This document shows positions 34,878 through 45,292 of a DNA stretch of 64,000 nt, piece by piece. The stretch is from a virus (taxonomy: Duplodnaviria > Caudoviricetes): IMG/VR virus record IMGVR_UViG_3300016467_000657, positions 5,901 through 69,900 of that record. One strand, 5' to 3'. Under the pieces are notes generated by a model that saw nothing but the letters and a program-made list of their open reading frames with translations, had not been told where the DNA came from and ran no database searches. Every line of letters begins with the position of its first letter. Positions within the stretch are counted from its first letter, which is position 1. A program made the position numbers and the translations under genes.

Positions 34878-36974
34878 TTATTTAGTAATTGCGCTAGGAT
34901 CAATAAATACTTGTTTTTTTAATGGTAGAAACTTTTTATTATACGCGAATGTATATGAATTTTTTCCATATGCAAGCTTTCCCGCACCATCATAAAGTTC
35001 CAGTTCTATTTCATACAATTCATTCTCCACGGAAACAGGCATAGGAACTTTGATGCCAAAACTATCCACGCTGTAATCAACGTTCTGATATGCGCACAAT
35101 GATAGTTCAGAAATGGTCCATTCACCTGAAACTGGCACAAGTATAATTGTACCATATCTTTCAATTTCGCTGAAGAAAGTGTATTTGTATTTTTCTATTC
35201 CGCCAAAATTAAAAGTGTTGTCTATTTCCGCAATTTTTATCTTATCATCTCCACTCAAAAAATAAGCATATAATATTGAATTTGAATTGTTTGATGCAGA
35301 TGCTTTCACGTATGTTGAAAATTCATACAATGTGTTTGCTTGCAGCTTTATTGGATTGCTATCGTGCACTGCACCAGTTATCAAATTCTCTTGTGAAGTC
35401 TGATATGCTGAAATTTCAGGTATATTTCCTATTCCAGAATAAGATGCTGTTGGATATGCGCTGAAATTAAGAAACGCGGATGTTTTTCCATACCAATATG
35501 AATTTGATCCAAATGAATAGTTTACATATGTTGAGGTTCTACTCGGACTGGTGTCGTCCTTGAAAATAACATACTCTGTTTGAGATGCATTATTTGTATG
35601 ACCAATTGTTGCACCATTTATGAGTACGGCGTTGGATTGATTTAGTGTAAGTCCGCCTCCATTGGAAAGCCAATATTTTGACAAGTGCGTGGAGTCATAA
35701 AATTCTCCGGGACTGTTATACAATCCATTGTCAAATTTTGTGGAAGCTATCAAATTGTTTGGTTCTATTTTTCCATCGCGCAACAAAGTTTTGTTTTCTG
35801 GAGAGTTTAAACTTCTTCCGTACATCTTGTAACTTGAAAGATTGCCGCACAATAATCTTAAATTGTTACAATCTATATTCAGCAATGATTTTCTGTTTAT
35901 TGTTGACCCACCCACAATCGCTCTGGGCAATTCCCTAGAAATGCTCTTGTAGAAAATTTCAAACTCGCCGCTGTCCATGCTGAGAATATAGAAATTTTTC
36001 TTATGATAAACCGTTTGTCTGTTTGCATCATCCGACGCATTATATCCTTTTATATTCACCAAATTATTCTTGTTGTATACAGAATCAGTGTTTGATTTTT
36101 CTATGATATCTGATACGGTTGAGAATGGTATGTCCAACAACAGAGTTGTGTCATTGACCACTTCTCTTATGCTAGCTATAAAGTCGGTGTTTAATTTTCC
36201 CTCAAATATGACCTGATTGTTTGTTTGATTGGTATAGATGAAATTCTTTACACTTGGACTCTTTATTCTTATCTCTTCACCCTCCATAGAAGAACTGAAT
36301 CTTGTTCCACTGCTAAGATACAGCTGATAAATGGGAGTATCAAATTGATAATCATAATCGCCATTTGCATTATGCTTTGGAACAATTGCAATGGATGAAA
36401 ATGAACCAGATGCAAGTCTGTATGAATCTGTTGGAAACAATGGAGCGGAATATATCTGCGGAGTGACTTCAATATACGGCGAATCAAAAAATCTTACTTC
36501 GGAATCTGTTGCAATTGTTGTATCTATCAGCACATTTCTTGTCCAAATCACATTAACTTTTTTAAAAGGTGCTGAATTTGGTGCCTGTGTCAGTGGTAAT
36601 CTTTGAGTGTTTGATATTGCATATGCCTCGTTGTTGTAATATGCAATTTTTCCAACATATCCGCTTGTATCCACAGCGGTTCCCGATATTTCCACACGCC
36701 CAACCCCAGATACTACTTTTGAAGAAACAATAACGTAATAAAGATCGCCCGTGTTTGTTTGTTCATTGAACCTTGCATCCGTTGCTTTTACTTTTCCACA
36801 TGGAAGAAGATTATTTCCACTGTCGTATGCGGAAACTTTTATTTCCGAATTTGGTACAATATTCTGCGTTGGATTTACCGTAAATGCATTCTTACCCGCC
36901 TTCAATGTATCATTGAAATTTGACAGTAGAAAGTATGAATTTGAATTGGTATCCGTGCTTGTGATCTGGTCCAT
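34878..36974 (-). CDS. Hypothetical beta-rich structural protein
   Basis: 698 aa, Ser/Thr/Asn/Tyr-rich, late-type motif upstream. Confidence 0.75.
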   Translation of the reverse strand: MDQITSTDTNSNSYFLLSNFNDTLKAGKNAFTVNPTQNIVPNSEIKVSAYDSGNNLLPCGKVKATDARFNEQTNTGDLYYVIVSSKVVSGVGRVEISGTAVDTSGYVGKIAYYNNEAYAISNTQRLPLTQAPNSAPFKKVNVIWTRNVLIDTTIATDSEVRFFDSPYIEVTPQIYSAPLFPTDSYRLASGSFSSIAIVPKHNANGDYDYQFDTPIYQLYLSSGTRFSSSMEGEEIRIKSPSVKNFIYTNQTNNQVIFEGKLNTDFIASIREVVNDTTLLLDIPFSTVSDIIEKSNTDSVYNKNNLVNIKGYNASDDANRQTVYHKKNFYILSMDSGEFEIFYKSISRELPRAIVGGSTINRKSLLNIDCNNLRLLCGNLSSYKMYGRSLNSPENKTLLRDGKIEPNNLIASTKFDNGLYNSPGEFYDSTHLSKYWLSNGGGLTLNQSNAVLINGATIGHTNNASQTEYVIFKDDTSPSRTSTYVNYSFGSNSYWYGKTSAFLNFSAYPTASYSGIGNIPEISAYQTSQENLITGAVHDSNPIKLQANTLYEFSTYVKASASNNSNSILYAYFLSGDDKIKIAEIDNTFNFGGIEKYKYTFFSEIERYGTIILVPVSGEWTISELSLCAYQNVDYSVDSFGIKVPMPVSVENELYEIELELYDGAGKLAYGKNSYTFAYNKKFLPLKKQVFIDPSAITK

Positions 36975-36998
36975 AGGTTTTATATATATGCCTATGGT

Positions 36999-37007
36999 TA
37001 TAAATAT
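36999..37007 (-). promoter_or_regulatory. Putative late promoter ATATTTATA
   Basis: Exact, 24 nt before the ATG at 36974. Confidence 0.6.
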
Positions 37008-37010
37008 CTA

Positions 37011-40000
37011 TTAGACCGTGTTATCTATCTTGCTAAACCCGTTTTCCTTCCTAATCTCAAGTTGCTTGTTCACCATATCTCGCATAGCATCAAGATGACT
37101 GATTACTATAATAAATTCAAAATTGGTTTTCATATAATCAAACAACGAGTGAACCATTGGCATATTTGATGCATCCAACGCACTAAATCCTTCATCTACT
37201 ACAAGGAAGTTTGGTCTTGGAAGATTGCTGATGTTGATGAGTGCAACACGAAGTGCTAGACCAGCCACAAACTTTTCCATACCAGAACATAGTTCAAGCG
37301 GCCATTTGCGATCATCATATTTGATGTACACATTCACATTCTTGCCATCTGTTTCCATACCCATTGTAAATTCAACAATGTGCGACAATATGTTGTTTAC
37401 TTCTTGTTCAATCTTTGGGATGGCATCTGATATAATTCGATATGGTACACCGTCTTTTCCAATAGCAGCCAAATAGTATTGATACGAAGATACTTCGTTT
37501 TCATATTCTTCTATCTTCTTTATCTGCTCTTCAATGTTCTTGATCTGATCAGATACGGAAACTTTTCTACTGTATGCTTCAACATGCGACTTCTCAATAA
37601 TCTTTAGTTTTGATGAAAGATCATTACTGGTGGATTTCAGTTCTGTTATGATACCAAGAATGGTTTTATTGTTTTCTATGACCTCCTTGGAGCGTTCATA
37701 AATTTCAATCTGATTATCTATTTCAGTCGCTCTGACTTTGCTCTTATCCAACAAGTTTCCAAGTGTTGCCTTTTCAAGCTCTTTTTTGGAAATAAAAGAT
37801 GACAATACATTTGAACGATCTTTCAATGACGAACTGGCTTGATACTGTAATACAAACTGATCAAGCTCTTCTATCTGTGATTTTATTTCAATCAATGATG
37901 CTGCCAGCTTTCTTGCTTCTTCCTTGTCATCATTAAGACTGTTTTTAGCGGCCATAGCATCCTTCACGAATGCATTGTTGCAGCAATATTTGCAATTGGG
38001 ATCATATTCGTGCTTTGAAAGATGATCAAGCTTGTTCAACTTCTCCTTGACCACTAGCTTCAACTTTTCCATCTCTTGTTCGATTCTTTGCTTGTTTCTA
38101 TTCAAGCTGGCGTGCTTTTCAGCCTTTTCCTTCAGATCTGACGGAAACTGGTTAAGTTTTCCAATAATCTCATCATGTTCTTTTTTCTTGGTTTCAATTT
38201 CACCGTCAATTTTCGACAATGATTCAATCACCTGATTGATTTTTGATTCCAAACTTTCTTTTTCCTTTTTTAGTGTGGCGACGTTGGTTGGAACATTATC
38301 CAATTTCACAAGCTTGCTTTGTTCGGCGCTTATTTTCTCGTTGAGTTTTGCATTTTCATCGCTGTGCTTTTCCTTCTGCTCGTTCAGATCAATCAATTTG
38401 GATTCCAACAACCCGATTTCATTTTTCATTCCATCAATCTTTGATTGGCTGTTTTCCTTGTTAAATGTCTTGATGGCACCAGTAAGCTCTTTGATCTTGT
38501 CATTTGCACTGACAGCAAGCTTGTCAAACACATTCAATCCAATGAACTGCGAAAGAAGCTCCTTGCGCTCAGTCTGACCCATATCAATGAATGATCCTTG
38601 GTTTCCTTGCAAAGCCAACGTGGTAAGAACAAAATCATCATAGTCACCAAGATAATCACGGATGATTTCATTGGTGCTGCGACGAGCCTCGCTGTTCAAG
38701 CTGATCTTTTCATTCTTCTCCATTTTGTAGAAGTTGACATCAACTTTCACATTGTTTTTCTTGTCACGCGAACCTTTTCTCTCAATTACATATTGCATGT
38801 CATTGATCTCGAACGTGAACTTGCCGCTGAAACTCATTTTCTGAGAGTTAAGAACATGAACCGCCTTGAATGCTCTGGCACTCTTGTCAAACACAGTAAA
38901 ACACAATGCGTCCATCAGTGAAGACTTTCCACTGGCATTTGCCGCGAACAATCCATACACATCATTTAGTTTCGTGAAATCAATTACATTGTCTTCACCA
39001 TAACTGAACATGTTGCTGAACTCAAACTTGATTGGCTTCCAACGAATATTCTTTGAAACATCATCATCGTCCAATGAAGCATTAAGATCCTTGTTGATCT
39101 TGTAAACAGTTTCAAGAGTATCATCGTCCATTATTTCTGGATACTTTACCTTGAGACATTCTGATATCAGCTTGTTCTGATAATCAAGATTTGTGATCTG
39201 TGTGAGATTTGCCGATGCTTGTGTTTTTGCAACTTTATTTGCATCGTCGCTTTCGACGCGCATATAAATGATGTCCGTGATCTCATGATTCTTTTTGATC
39301 TCATTTATCACCTTCTTCACTTCAGATGCAATTGTTTCTTTGCATCGTACACGCATCTTTGGTTTGCTCGGCAACCCACTTATGTCTGTGATCAACTTGC
39401 CATCGTCAATATCAATGGTGAAATAGCCATAATCATTTTGAATCTCAATATGCTTATATGCTCTGTTCTTGATATCCCACAATGAAAATCCATGACCACT
39501 TAATGCTTCACCATGATTTTGTTGAATGAAAGATCCTGCGTATCTTATGATAGGTTTTTCATTGACCGCATCATATTGCTGCAAGTCTTGCGCCATATGA
39601 ATATCACCAAGCATGGCGATATCATGTCCATCAAACAAATCATTTGTAACACTTTTATCAGTTACTTCATATCCAATATCAGTCATGGCATGCAATACGC
39701 CGCCATGATAAAGAGCAATCTTGGTGTCAAAGTTGGTCTTGATCTGCTTGGTGACATCCTTCATCTTGATGAACTTTGTAGGATCATCAAACACACCCAT
39801 GTTATTGATAAGAAGGTTTGCGGCACTATATAACTTGGTCTGCTTCAAATAAAACAGATGAGAATGATTCAGCGCATCGACAATCGGAGTCAGACTATCC
39901 AAACGAGTCGTGTTGGTAAGCAAACAATCATGATTTCCAGCAATAAGTATTGTAGGACGAATGTCCGCGCAATTTTTAAGAAACTCGGTTGTAAGCTGCA

Positions 40001-40217
40001 CTGCTTCTGGTGAAAGATCAATTTTGGAATGAAGCGTATCACCAGTGTTTATAACGATGGTATTGTTGGGTGATTTCCGCAGAAAATCATAAAACTTGGC
40101 AAATGCCTCACGATATTCTTCGTGGCGTTTGGTCAGTCTAATATGAATGTCCGAGACATGAACAACATAATCGACTTTGTCCAACCCTATATCAAGTTTT
40201 TCGTATGTATCTACCAT
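37011..40217 (-). CDS. Single-chain Mre11/SbcD nuclease - Rad50/SbcC ATPase fusion (gp47-gp46-like)
   Basis: HVSDIH, NTGD, AGNHD, LYHG, MLGDIH metallophosphoesterase motifs; then ANASGKSS, coiled coil with CKYC hook, LCSGME signature, VVDEGFSALD, ISH. Confidence 0.92.
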   Translation of the reverse strand: MVDTYEKLDIGLDKVDYVVHVSDIHIRLTKRHEEYREAFAKFYDFLRKSPNNTIVINTGDTLHSKIDLSPEAVQLTTEFLKNCADIRPTILIAGNHDCLLTNTTRLDSLTPIVDALNHSHLFYLKQTKLYSAANLLINNMGVFDDPTKFIKMKDVTKQIKTNFDTKIALYHGGVLHAMTDIGYEVTDKSVTNDLFDGHDIAMLGDIHMAQDLQQYDAVNEKPIIRYAGSFIQQNHGEALSGHGFSLWDIKNRAYKHIEIQNDYGYFTIDIDDGKLITDISGLPSKPKMRVRCKETIASEVKKVINEIKKNHEITDIIYMRVESDDANKVAKTQASANLTQITNLDYQNKLISECLKVKYPEIMDDDTLETVYKINKDLNASLDDDDVSKNIRWKPIKFEFSNMFSYGEDNVIDFTKLNDVYGLFAANASGKSSLMDALCFTVFDKSARAFKAVHVLNSQKMSFSGKFTFEINDMQYVIERKGSRDKKNNVKVDVNFYKMEKNEKISLNSEARRSTNEIIRDYLGDYDDFVLTTLALQGNQGSFIDMGQTERKELLSQFIGLNVFDKLAVSANDKIKELTGAIKTFNKENSQSKIDGMKNEIGLLESKLIDLNEQKEKHSDENAKLNEKISAEQSKLVKLDNVPTNVATLKKEKESLESKINQVIESLSKIDGEIETKKKEHDEIIGKLNQFPSDLKEKAEKHASLNRNKQRIEQEMEKLKLVVKEKLNKLDHLSKHEYDPNCKYCCNNAFVKDAMAAKNSLNDDKEEARKLAASLIEIKSQIEELDQFVLQYQASSSLKDRSNVLSSFISKKELEKATLGNLLDKSKVRATEIDNQIEIYERSKEVIENNKTILGIITELKSTSNDLSSKLKIIEKSHVEAYSRKVSVSDQIKNIEEQIKKIEEYENEVSSYQYYLAAIGKDGVPYRIISDAIPKIEQEVNNILSHIVEFTMGMETDGKNVNVYIKYDDRKWPLELCSGMEKFVAGLALRVALINISNLPRPNFLVVDEGFSALDASNMPMVHSLFDYMKTNFEFIIVISHLDAMRDMVNKQLEIRKENGFSKIDNTV

Positions 40218-40223
40218 AAATTG

Positions 40224-41195
40224 TTATTCCAACTTTAATCTGATCATTGACGAAAAGTCAAGCAGATCTGTTTTTTTGATTTGTTCCATTGTCTTGGCGA
40301 ATCCAAGCACATTTGGATCCTTACCTTCCAATTTCACTATTTTGACTTCTTTGCCTATGCTGCGAATATACTCTGCAATTTTGATTGCGCTGTCCAACGC
40401 ATCATCATCCAATACAATGTTCACTTCTGGACAATTGCTTTGTATGATTGCCTGTTTGAGCTTCTTGCTCATTGACTTGCCAAACAGTGGAATGGCATTA
40501 CGCTTCAATGAAATTGCGTCCAATGCACCCTCACACAAATAAATTGGAAAATCAAAGTCCACAAGATTTTCAAAGCCAACAATATCTTTGCTGAACTCAC
40601 TGTTCTTGTATTTGTAGCCATCATCATAATAGCTGCGACAACTGTAAAAGTTCAAATTGTTATGCTTGTCATATGAAGGAAATACAAGACGATTGGCAAA
40701 TGGTCCCTTGGCACAATATCCAATATTGTATTTGATGATATCACACATTGTGATCTTGCGCTTTTTTGCATAGTTCATTGCAAGATTATATTCTCTGCTA
40801 CCATCATTCTCAGCAAGACTTTTGAACTCGGGCATGAGACTTAGGATTTCAGAACTTTCAGTGCTTTCCTGTTTTTTAGTCAATGAAAGAATCTTTGCGT
40901 CAAAAACAGAAAGACTATGTTTTGGTGCAGCCGAACCAAAAATATTCTCAACCTTGGTCAGAACATCTTGTCCAACATTCATTCGCTTCAACAGCCAATA
41001 TATTCCTCTGCCCTTGGCGTTGCACACCCAACAGTGCCAATTATGAGGTTCATCAAGACACACCTCCATCTTCATTTTGTGATGATGGCAAAATGGACAA
41101 TGATATTGTAAGTTGTTGCCCTTACGCAGTCTACCTGTCTCCTTGAACGACTTGTTCAATAGACTTGTAAGTTCAGATACTTTTAGTGATGACAT
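40224..41195 (-). CDS. DNA primase (DnaG-like, Zn finger + TOPRIM)
   Basis: CPFC..HCWVC Zn finger; LCEGALDA and VLDDDA TOPRIM motifs. Confidence 0.85.
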   Translation of the reverse strand: MSSLKVSELTSLLNKSFKETGRLRKGNNLQYHCPFCHHHKMKMEVCLDEPHNWHCWVCNAKGRGIYWLLKRMNVGQDVLTKVENIFGSAAPKHSLSVFDAKILSLTKKQESTESSEILSLMPEFKSLAENDGSREYNLAMNYAKKRKITMCDIIKYNIGYCAKGPFANRLVFPSYDKHNNLNFYSCRSYYDDGYKYKNSEFSKDIVGFENLVDFDFPIYLCEGALDAISLKRNAIPLFGKSMSKKLKQAIIQSNCPEVNIVLDDDALDSAIKIAEYIRSIGKEVKIVKLEGKDPNVLGFAKTMEQIKKTDLLDFSSMIRLKLE

Positions 41196-41205
41196 TTACC
41201 ATAAC

Positions 41206-41233
41206 ACTATACAGGAAATGAATAGTTAGTCAA
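41206..41233 (-). promoter_or_regulatory. Sigma70-like promoter TTGACT-N16-TATAGT upstream of primase/Mre11-Rad50
   Basis: Near-consensus hexamers in a 44-nt intergenic gap. Confidence 0.55.
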
Positions 41234-41239
41234 CTTATA

Positions 41240-41731
41240 TTAACCAGCCAAACTCAACACAATGGCATCCCTAACATCTTCCATTCTTTTATCATCATTC
41301 CCCTTAGTATTTTTTATAGTCCAAGGAGTCATATCATACATTCTTTCAATACTTTCTTTTACAAATACCTTTGGCTTTACACCTTTAACTCTAGCCGCTC
41401 CCAAAGCCTTTTTACGAGCAGTTTGAGCGTGAATAGACTCTACACCCACTTTATAATAGTTTTCAAGTATATAGCTAATTACTGCCTTGTTCTTGACCAA
41501 TTTAATGATGACTTGTTGAGATGTGCCGCCGCCAGCAAATCCAAACAAACTTTCTTCTATCATTATTTTATCAAATGTATGACCAATTAGGGCTTTAATA
41601 ATAAGATCAGCTTTTGTGTCATATTTCTCAACGTCGGATATATCAACAAATCCAGCGGCCAATATAATTTTGTTTTCTGTTATGGCCCAACCACAAGTAG
41701 TAGTGGACAAATCAAGTCCAAGTACTTTCAT
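41240..41731 (-). CDS. RuvC-like Holliday junction resolvase
   Basis: VLGLDLSTTTCGWA, IMIEE, EDVRDAIVL RNase H-fold acidic motifs. Confidence 0.8.
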   Translation of the reverse strand: MKVLGLDLSTTTCGWAITENKIILAAGFVDISDVEKYDTKADLIIKALIGHTFDKIMIEESLFGFAGGGTSQQVIIKLVKNKAVISYILENYYKVGVESIHAQTARKKALGAARVKGVKPKVFVKESIERMYDMTPWTIKNTKGNDDKRMEDVRDAIVLSLAG

Positions 41732-41749
41732 ATAACCATTATTATTTTA

Positions 41750-42046
41750 TTAAGGAAGGCGACCGCTTGGAGCGTACTTTGGTGTTTCCAGAAAACCTGC
41801 TCCACCGTGGTCATTCCAAGTTTTTACTTGGACGGAACGTGTGTCATTGCGAATACCTGCTGGTCCTTGCAATGTTTTGAATTCACCGTCGCCAGCGGCG
41901 ATATAATCGCTAGATGTAAGACTTGGTTTACCCGCCTTCTTGGCGTCACCATCACCGGATGGTAGACTTGGTGCGGAATTATAACGCTGTACCAATGAGG
42001 TAGTTGTAGAAGGTCTTTCGGTTGGTTTTAGTCCGACTGTATGCAT
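41750..42046 (-). CDS. Small hypothetical protein
   Basis: 98 aa; late-type motif plus AAGGAG SD upstream. Confidence 0.75.
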   Translation of the reverse strand: MHTVGLKPTERPSTTTSLVQRYNSAPSLPSGDGDAKKAGKPSLTSSDYIAAGDGEFKTLQGPAGIRNDTRSVQVKTWNDHGGAGFLETPKYAPSGRLP

Positions 42047-42069
42047 ATATATTTTCTCCTATTGTTTAT

Positions 42070-42078
42070 TATAAATAT
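42070..42078 (-). promoter_or_regulatory. Putative late promoter ATATTTATA
   Basis: Exact, 23 nt before the ATG at 42046. Confidence 0.6.
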
Positions 42079-42082
42079 ACTG

Positions 42083-45000
42083 TTATGTATCAAAACGGAC
42101 GACAATGTTTACTGGCCAATCAATTAAATTCTTGATAGGACGACCAAGTTTGCCCACTGCAACAAGTTGATTGTCCTGATACAAACCAACTGTGGTTATA
42201 TATGGCGCAAGGAAAGAACCTGTAGCATCATATGATGAGCTATATTGATAGTTTAGAAATTCTGGATTGGTGCTCTTTGTGTCAACGCCGCAATATTTGT
42301 CTAAATATTTTTGAATATCCACAACATATTTACGAGTTGAATCAGAATCAAGATATGGCGCTATACTGGTTGGATTCAATTGTTGTAGTACATACAGTGC
42401 GAACAAATATCCGTCATTCAGATTGATTTCTCCATTGCCATCAATGTCCAATATTCCAGTCTTGTCCAAATTAGCTTCAATGTAATCATATGCTGATTTG
42501 GTGAATGCATCAAATGAAGATGTAGTCATTGAGGCGGCATAACTGCTTTCTTGTTGAAGAACATCTTCTGCTTCTGTTTGAAGTAGGTCATTTGCCCACC
42601 AACTATAGTCGGTCAATGTATCTTGTTCCAATATCAATCCATCAACATCATACACAAATTCTGCATAGAATTTCTTCATGCGAAGATAACGCATTACAAG
42701 ATCAACATCCTTGGTATCAACAACGCCATCTCCATTCACATCAAACACCATTGGATATTGTGCAAGTGATGATGGATTTGTACTATAGTTGAATTCTCCG
42801 GGTCTTACTGATACCAGATATTCGTGTTCAAATATTGTATGTGTACCACGATAATTCAGTTCAAACCCACGTGACCCAGTTCCCATGAGCATATTTGTGT
42901 AGTTTGATCCTGTGTTTGTGATCACAAAGTATCCATTCTTGTAGAACACATTTCCAATGTGAGGATTTTGTTCATACTTGCGAAGATCATACAGATATGC
43001 CGAGCCAGAATATGTTGATGGCATATAAAGAGACTGTGATGATTCATTTATGCTGCTGGAGTATGAAGATCCAGTTATGATGTTTACCAACGGTCCACCC
43101 ACGGCCAAGAAATCAGATGATACTGACAAAGAATATCCATAAATGTTATATGGATGATTCTTTTCCTTGTTGCGGCGAAGTTCACCAGTATTGTTCCATT
43201 TGTTTCCAGTATAATCGTAATTGTATATCAATACTCTGCCAAGAACTTCATCATTTGATCCTGTTGATGCATATGAATAATTTTCCAAGATATATGATCC
43301 GCTGAATTCAACTGTTCTGCCCAATGTATCTGGCAGAGATGAAACGGCGGCGGTTGTTCCATCAACTGAAACAGCTTTGGCAAAATTATTATCTGTCAAA
43401 TAATCTCTGTTTCCAAATGTCTTTGTTACCAAATGAAATTGGCTTGATAAGCATTCCGCCACATATCCATAATGATAGAAATAAGCAGCGCCAAGAATAG
43501 CTGCGCTACCTGTGTATCCATAATATGGAATATATGCTTTGTCGTATTGGCAACCTATTACCAAGTTCTTGTTGCTGATTGATACACTTTTTCCAAATCT
43601 GTTTGATGATATGGTTGAAGTTACATCAACCGAATATTCTGGCTTTGATATGTCCAAATCTCCAGTTGTTGTATCTCCATAAAATCTTTGAACTTGATAC
43701 CAAGATGCGGTTGGACAAGCGTCAACGGAAGCAGACGAATAAGAACATGTGAACAATGTTGCATAACCAGCGCCAGTCTTGTTTGTACCAGCAATCAATT
43801 GATTCATGTCAACAGACACACAATATCCAAAGTTATCACCCACCGCACCTACACTTGAAGTTAATGTGGTTTCATGTTCCCATGTGTAATTACCAGAAAC
43901 AAATGTTGGTACATAACTTTGTGTTGCATAGTATGAACTCGTGGCCATTTCCTTGCAGAACTCTTCCACAGTGGTCACTTGTTTCCAATATGAACCTGTG
44001 TTTATATTCTGGCATGGATATTCAGTGTCCATGTATCTTTTCTTTCTGAATACATAAACAGCACCAATGCTACCGCTATAACCCGGTGCTCCAACCGCCA
44101 AAATATCATTATCAACAGCAACGGAAGTTCCAAACTTGTCACCATCACTGTATCCACGTATCAAATTCACAATACCCCAATGATCTGGCCCGCCCTTGTT
44201 CTTGTCATACACACAAACATATCCTGGGTACTTGCTCACACTGCATCCAGATCCAGTTGGTGAACCAACGGCCAAGAAATTATCTCGTATTGCAATAGAT
44301 GATCCAAAACTGTCTTTGAAAATTGTTGCGCCACTTTGTGTAAATGGGAAATTTATCTTCTTGATCAGTCTATGAGAATCTGTGTTCTCGTCATATTTGA
44401 ATATGGATGCATATCCAAGTCTTTTATCAGACATGCTATAATCATCCATGCTCGAACCCACTGCCAAGTAATTTCTCCATGTACTTATTGCTTCACCAAA
44501 ATGCTCATTGTCAACTTGGAAAATATCTTGATGAGTCGATGTATTCCAAGCCCATGAACCGCTTTCTGGCGGAACATAAATGACCTGTTGTCCCATCGCC
44601 ATATACTGTCTTGCATTCGTCAAATCCACAGATTGAGTTGTTCCATTATTGAACACCACATAAAATTCTCCACTTGATGTCACCCAATATGGCGTGGCAA
44701 GATATTCTCTTACTGCACCAATTTCTTCAGCAGAAGGAAAATGACCACCCGTTGCATAAAGATTTGTGTAACCGTCATCAAAAACATGCAAAGTGTTATT
44801 TGGATCTGAATCATCAACAATTCTTACTGTGTTTGGTACAATCTTCTCGCCCCAAACATTGTGCTTGAGATTCAATGCTACAATTCTATCTCCAATCTTT
44901 CTTATTTCCTTTTTTCCAGTTTCTGGATCTTGAGTATAATATTCAACACCAAATATTTTCAATGGGTCGCTTGAATTCTTGTAAAACATGGCATCAGTCA

Positions 45001-45250
45001 AGTTCCATATGTTTCTGGCATATTTTCCAGATGTGTTTATAGGATCTATACTTGCCTGCCAATATACACTACTTGATGGGAAAAATGACGCACTTGTTCT
45101 TATACCATAATTTACTTCACAGCGATTATTATAATAAGTAGGAAACCCATACTTGTCCACAGAAGATGTGTTAATGCTCTGCACAGTCCAATTCTTGAAC
45201 GTGCTAAAAGGTCTGACTGTGATATCTCCCGCAGAGAACTGCTTAATCAT
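42083..45250 (-). CDS. Large tail/baseplate-associated protein with 7 FG-GAP-like repeats and two EF-hand/dockerin-like loops
   Basis: FG.S(V/I)A...LAVG(A/S)P-like x7; DVNGDGVVDTKD and DIDGNGEINLND; C-terminal PYITTVGLY..LVAVGKL shared with 45293-46414. Confidence 0.75.
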   Translation of the reverse strand: MIKQFSAGDITVRPFSTFKNWTVQSINTSSVDKYGFPTYYNNRCEVNYGIRTSASFFPSSSVYWQASIDPINTSGKYARNIWNLTDAMFYKNSSDPLKIFGVEYYTQDPETGKKEIRKIGDRIVALNLKHNVWGEKIVPNTVRIVDDSDPNNTLHVFDDGYTNLYATGGHFPSAEEIGAVREYLATPYWVTSSGEFYVVFNNGTTQSVDLTNARQYMAMGQQVIYVPPESGSWAWNTSTHQDIFQVDNEHFGEAISTWRNYLAVGSSMDDYSMSDKRLGYASIFKYDENTDSHRLIKKINFPFTQSGATIFKDSFGSSIAIRDNFLAVGSPTGSGCSVSKYPGYVCVYDKNKGGPDHWGIVNLIRGYSDGDKFGTSVAVDNDILAVGAPGYSGSIGAVYVFRKKRYMDTEYPCQNINTGSYWKQVTTVEEFCKEMATSSYYATQSYVPTFVSGNYTWEHETTLTSSVGAVGDNFGYCVSVDMNQLIAGTNKTGAGYATLFTCSYSSASVDACPTASWYQVQRFYGDTTTGDLDISKPEYSVDVTSTISSNRFGKSVSISNKNLVIGCQYDKAYIPYYGYTGSAAILGAAYFYHYGYVAECLSSQFHLVTKTFGNRDYLTDNNFAKAVSVDGTTAAVSSLPDTLGRTVEFSGSYILENYSYASTGSNDEVLGRVLIYNYDYTGNKWNNTGELRRNKEKNHPYNIYGYSLSVSSDFLAVGGPLVNIITGSSYSSSINESSQSLYMPSTYSGSAYLYDLRKYEQNPHIGNVFYKNGYFVITNTGSNYTNMLMGTGSRGFELNYRGTHTIFEHEYLVSVRPGEFNYSTNPSSLAQYPMVFDVNGDGVVDTKDVDLVMRYLRMKKFYAEFVYDVDGLILEQDTLTDYSWWANDLLQTEAEDVLQQESSYAASMTTSSFDAFTKSAYDYIEANLDKTGILDIDGNGEINLNDGYLFALYVLQQLNPTSIAPYLDSDSTRKYVVDIQKYLDKYCGVDTKSTNPEFLNYQYSSSYDATGSFLAPYITTVGLYQDNQLVAVGKLGRPIKNLIDWPVNIVVRFDT

Positions 45251-45255
45251 ATGGA

Positions 45256-45264
45256 TATAAATAT
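45256..45264 (-). promoter_or_regulatory. Putative late promoter ATATTTATA
   Basis: Exact, 5 nt before the ATG at 45250. Confidence 0.6.
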
Positions 45265-45292
45265 TTGACTGAAGCGGGATTTACCCACCCAA

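Noticed and set aside
45270-45292. GGGTGGG-TAAAT-CCCGCTT hairpin as a terminator
   Set aside because: The stem has several G-U pairs and there is no U tract
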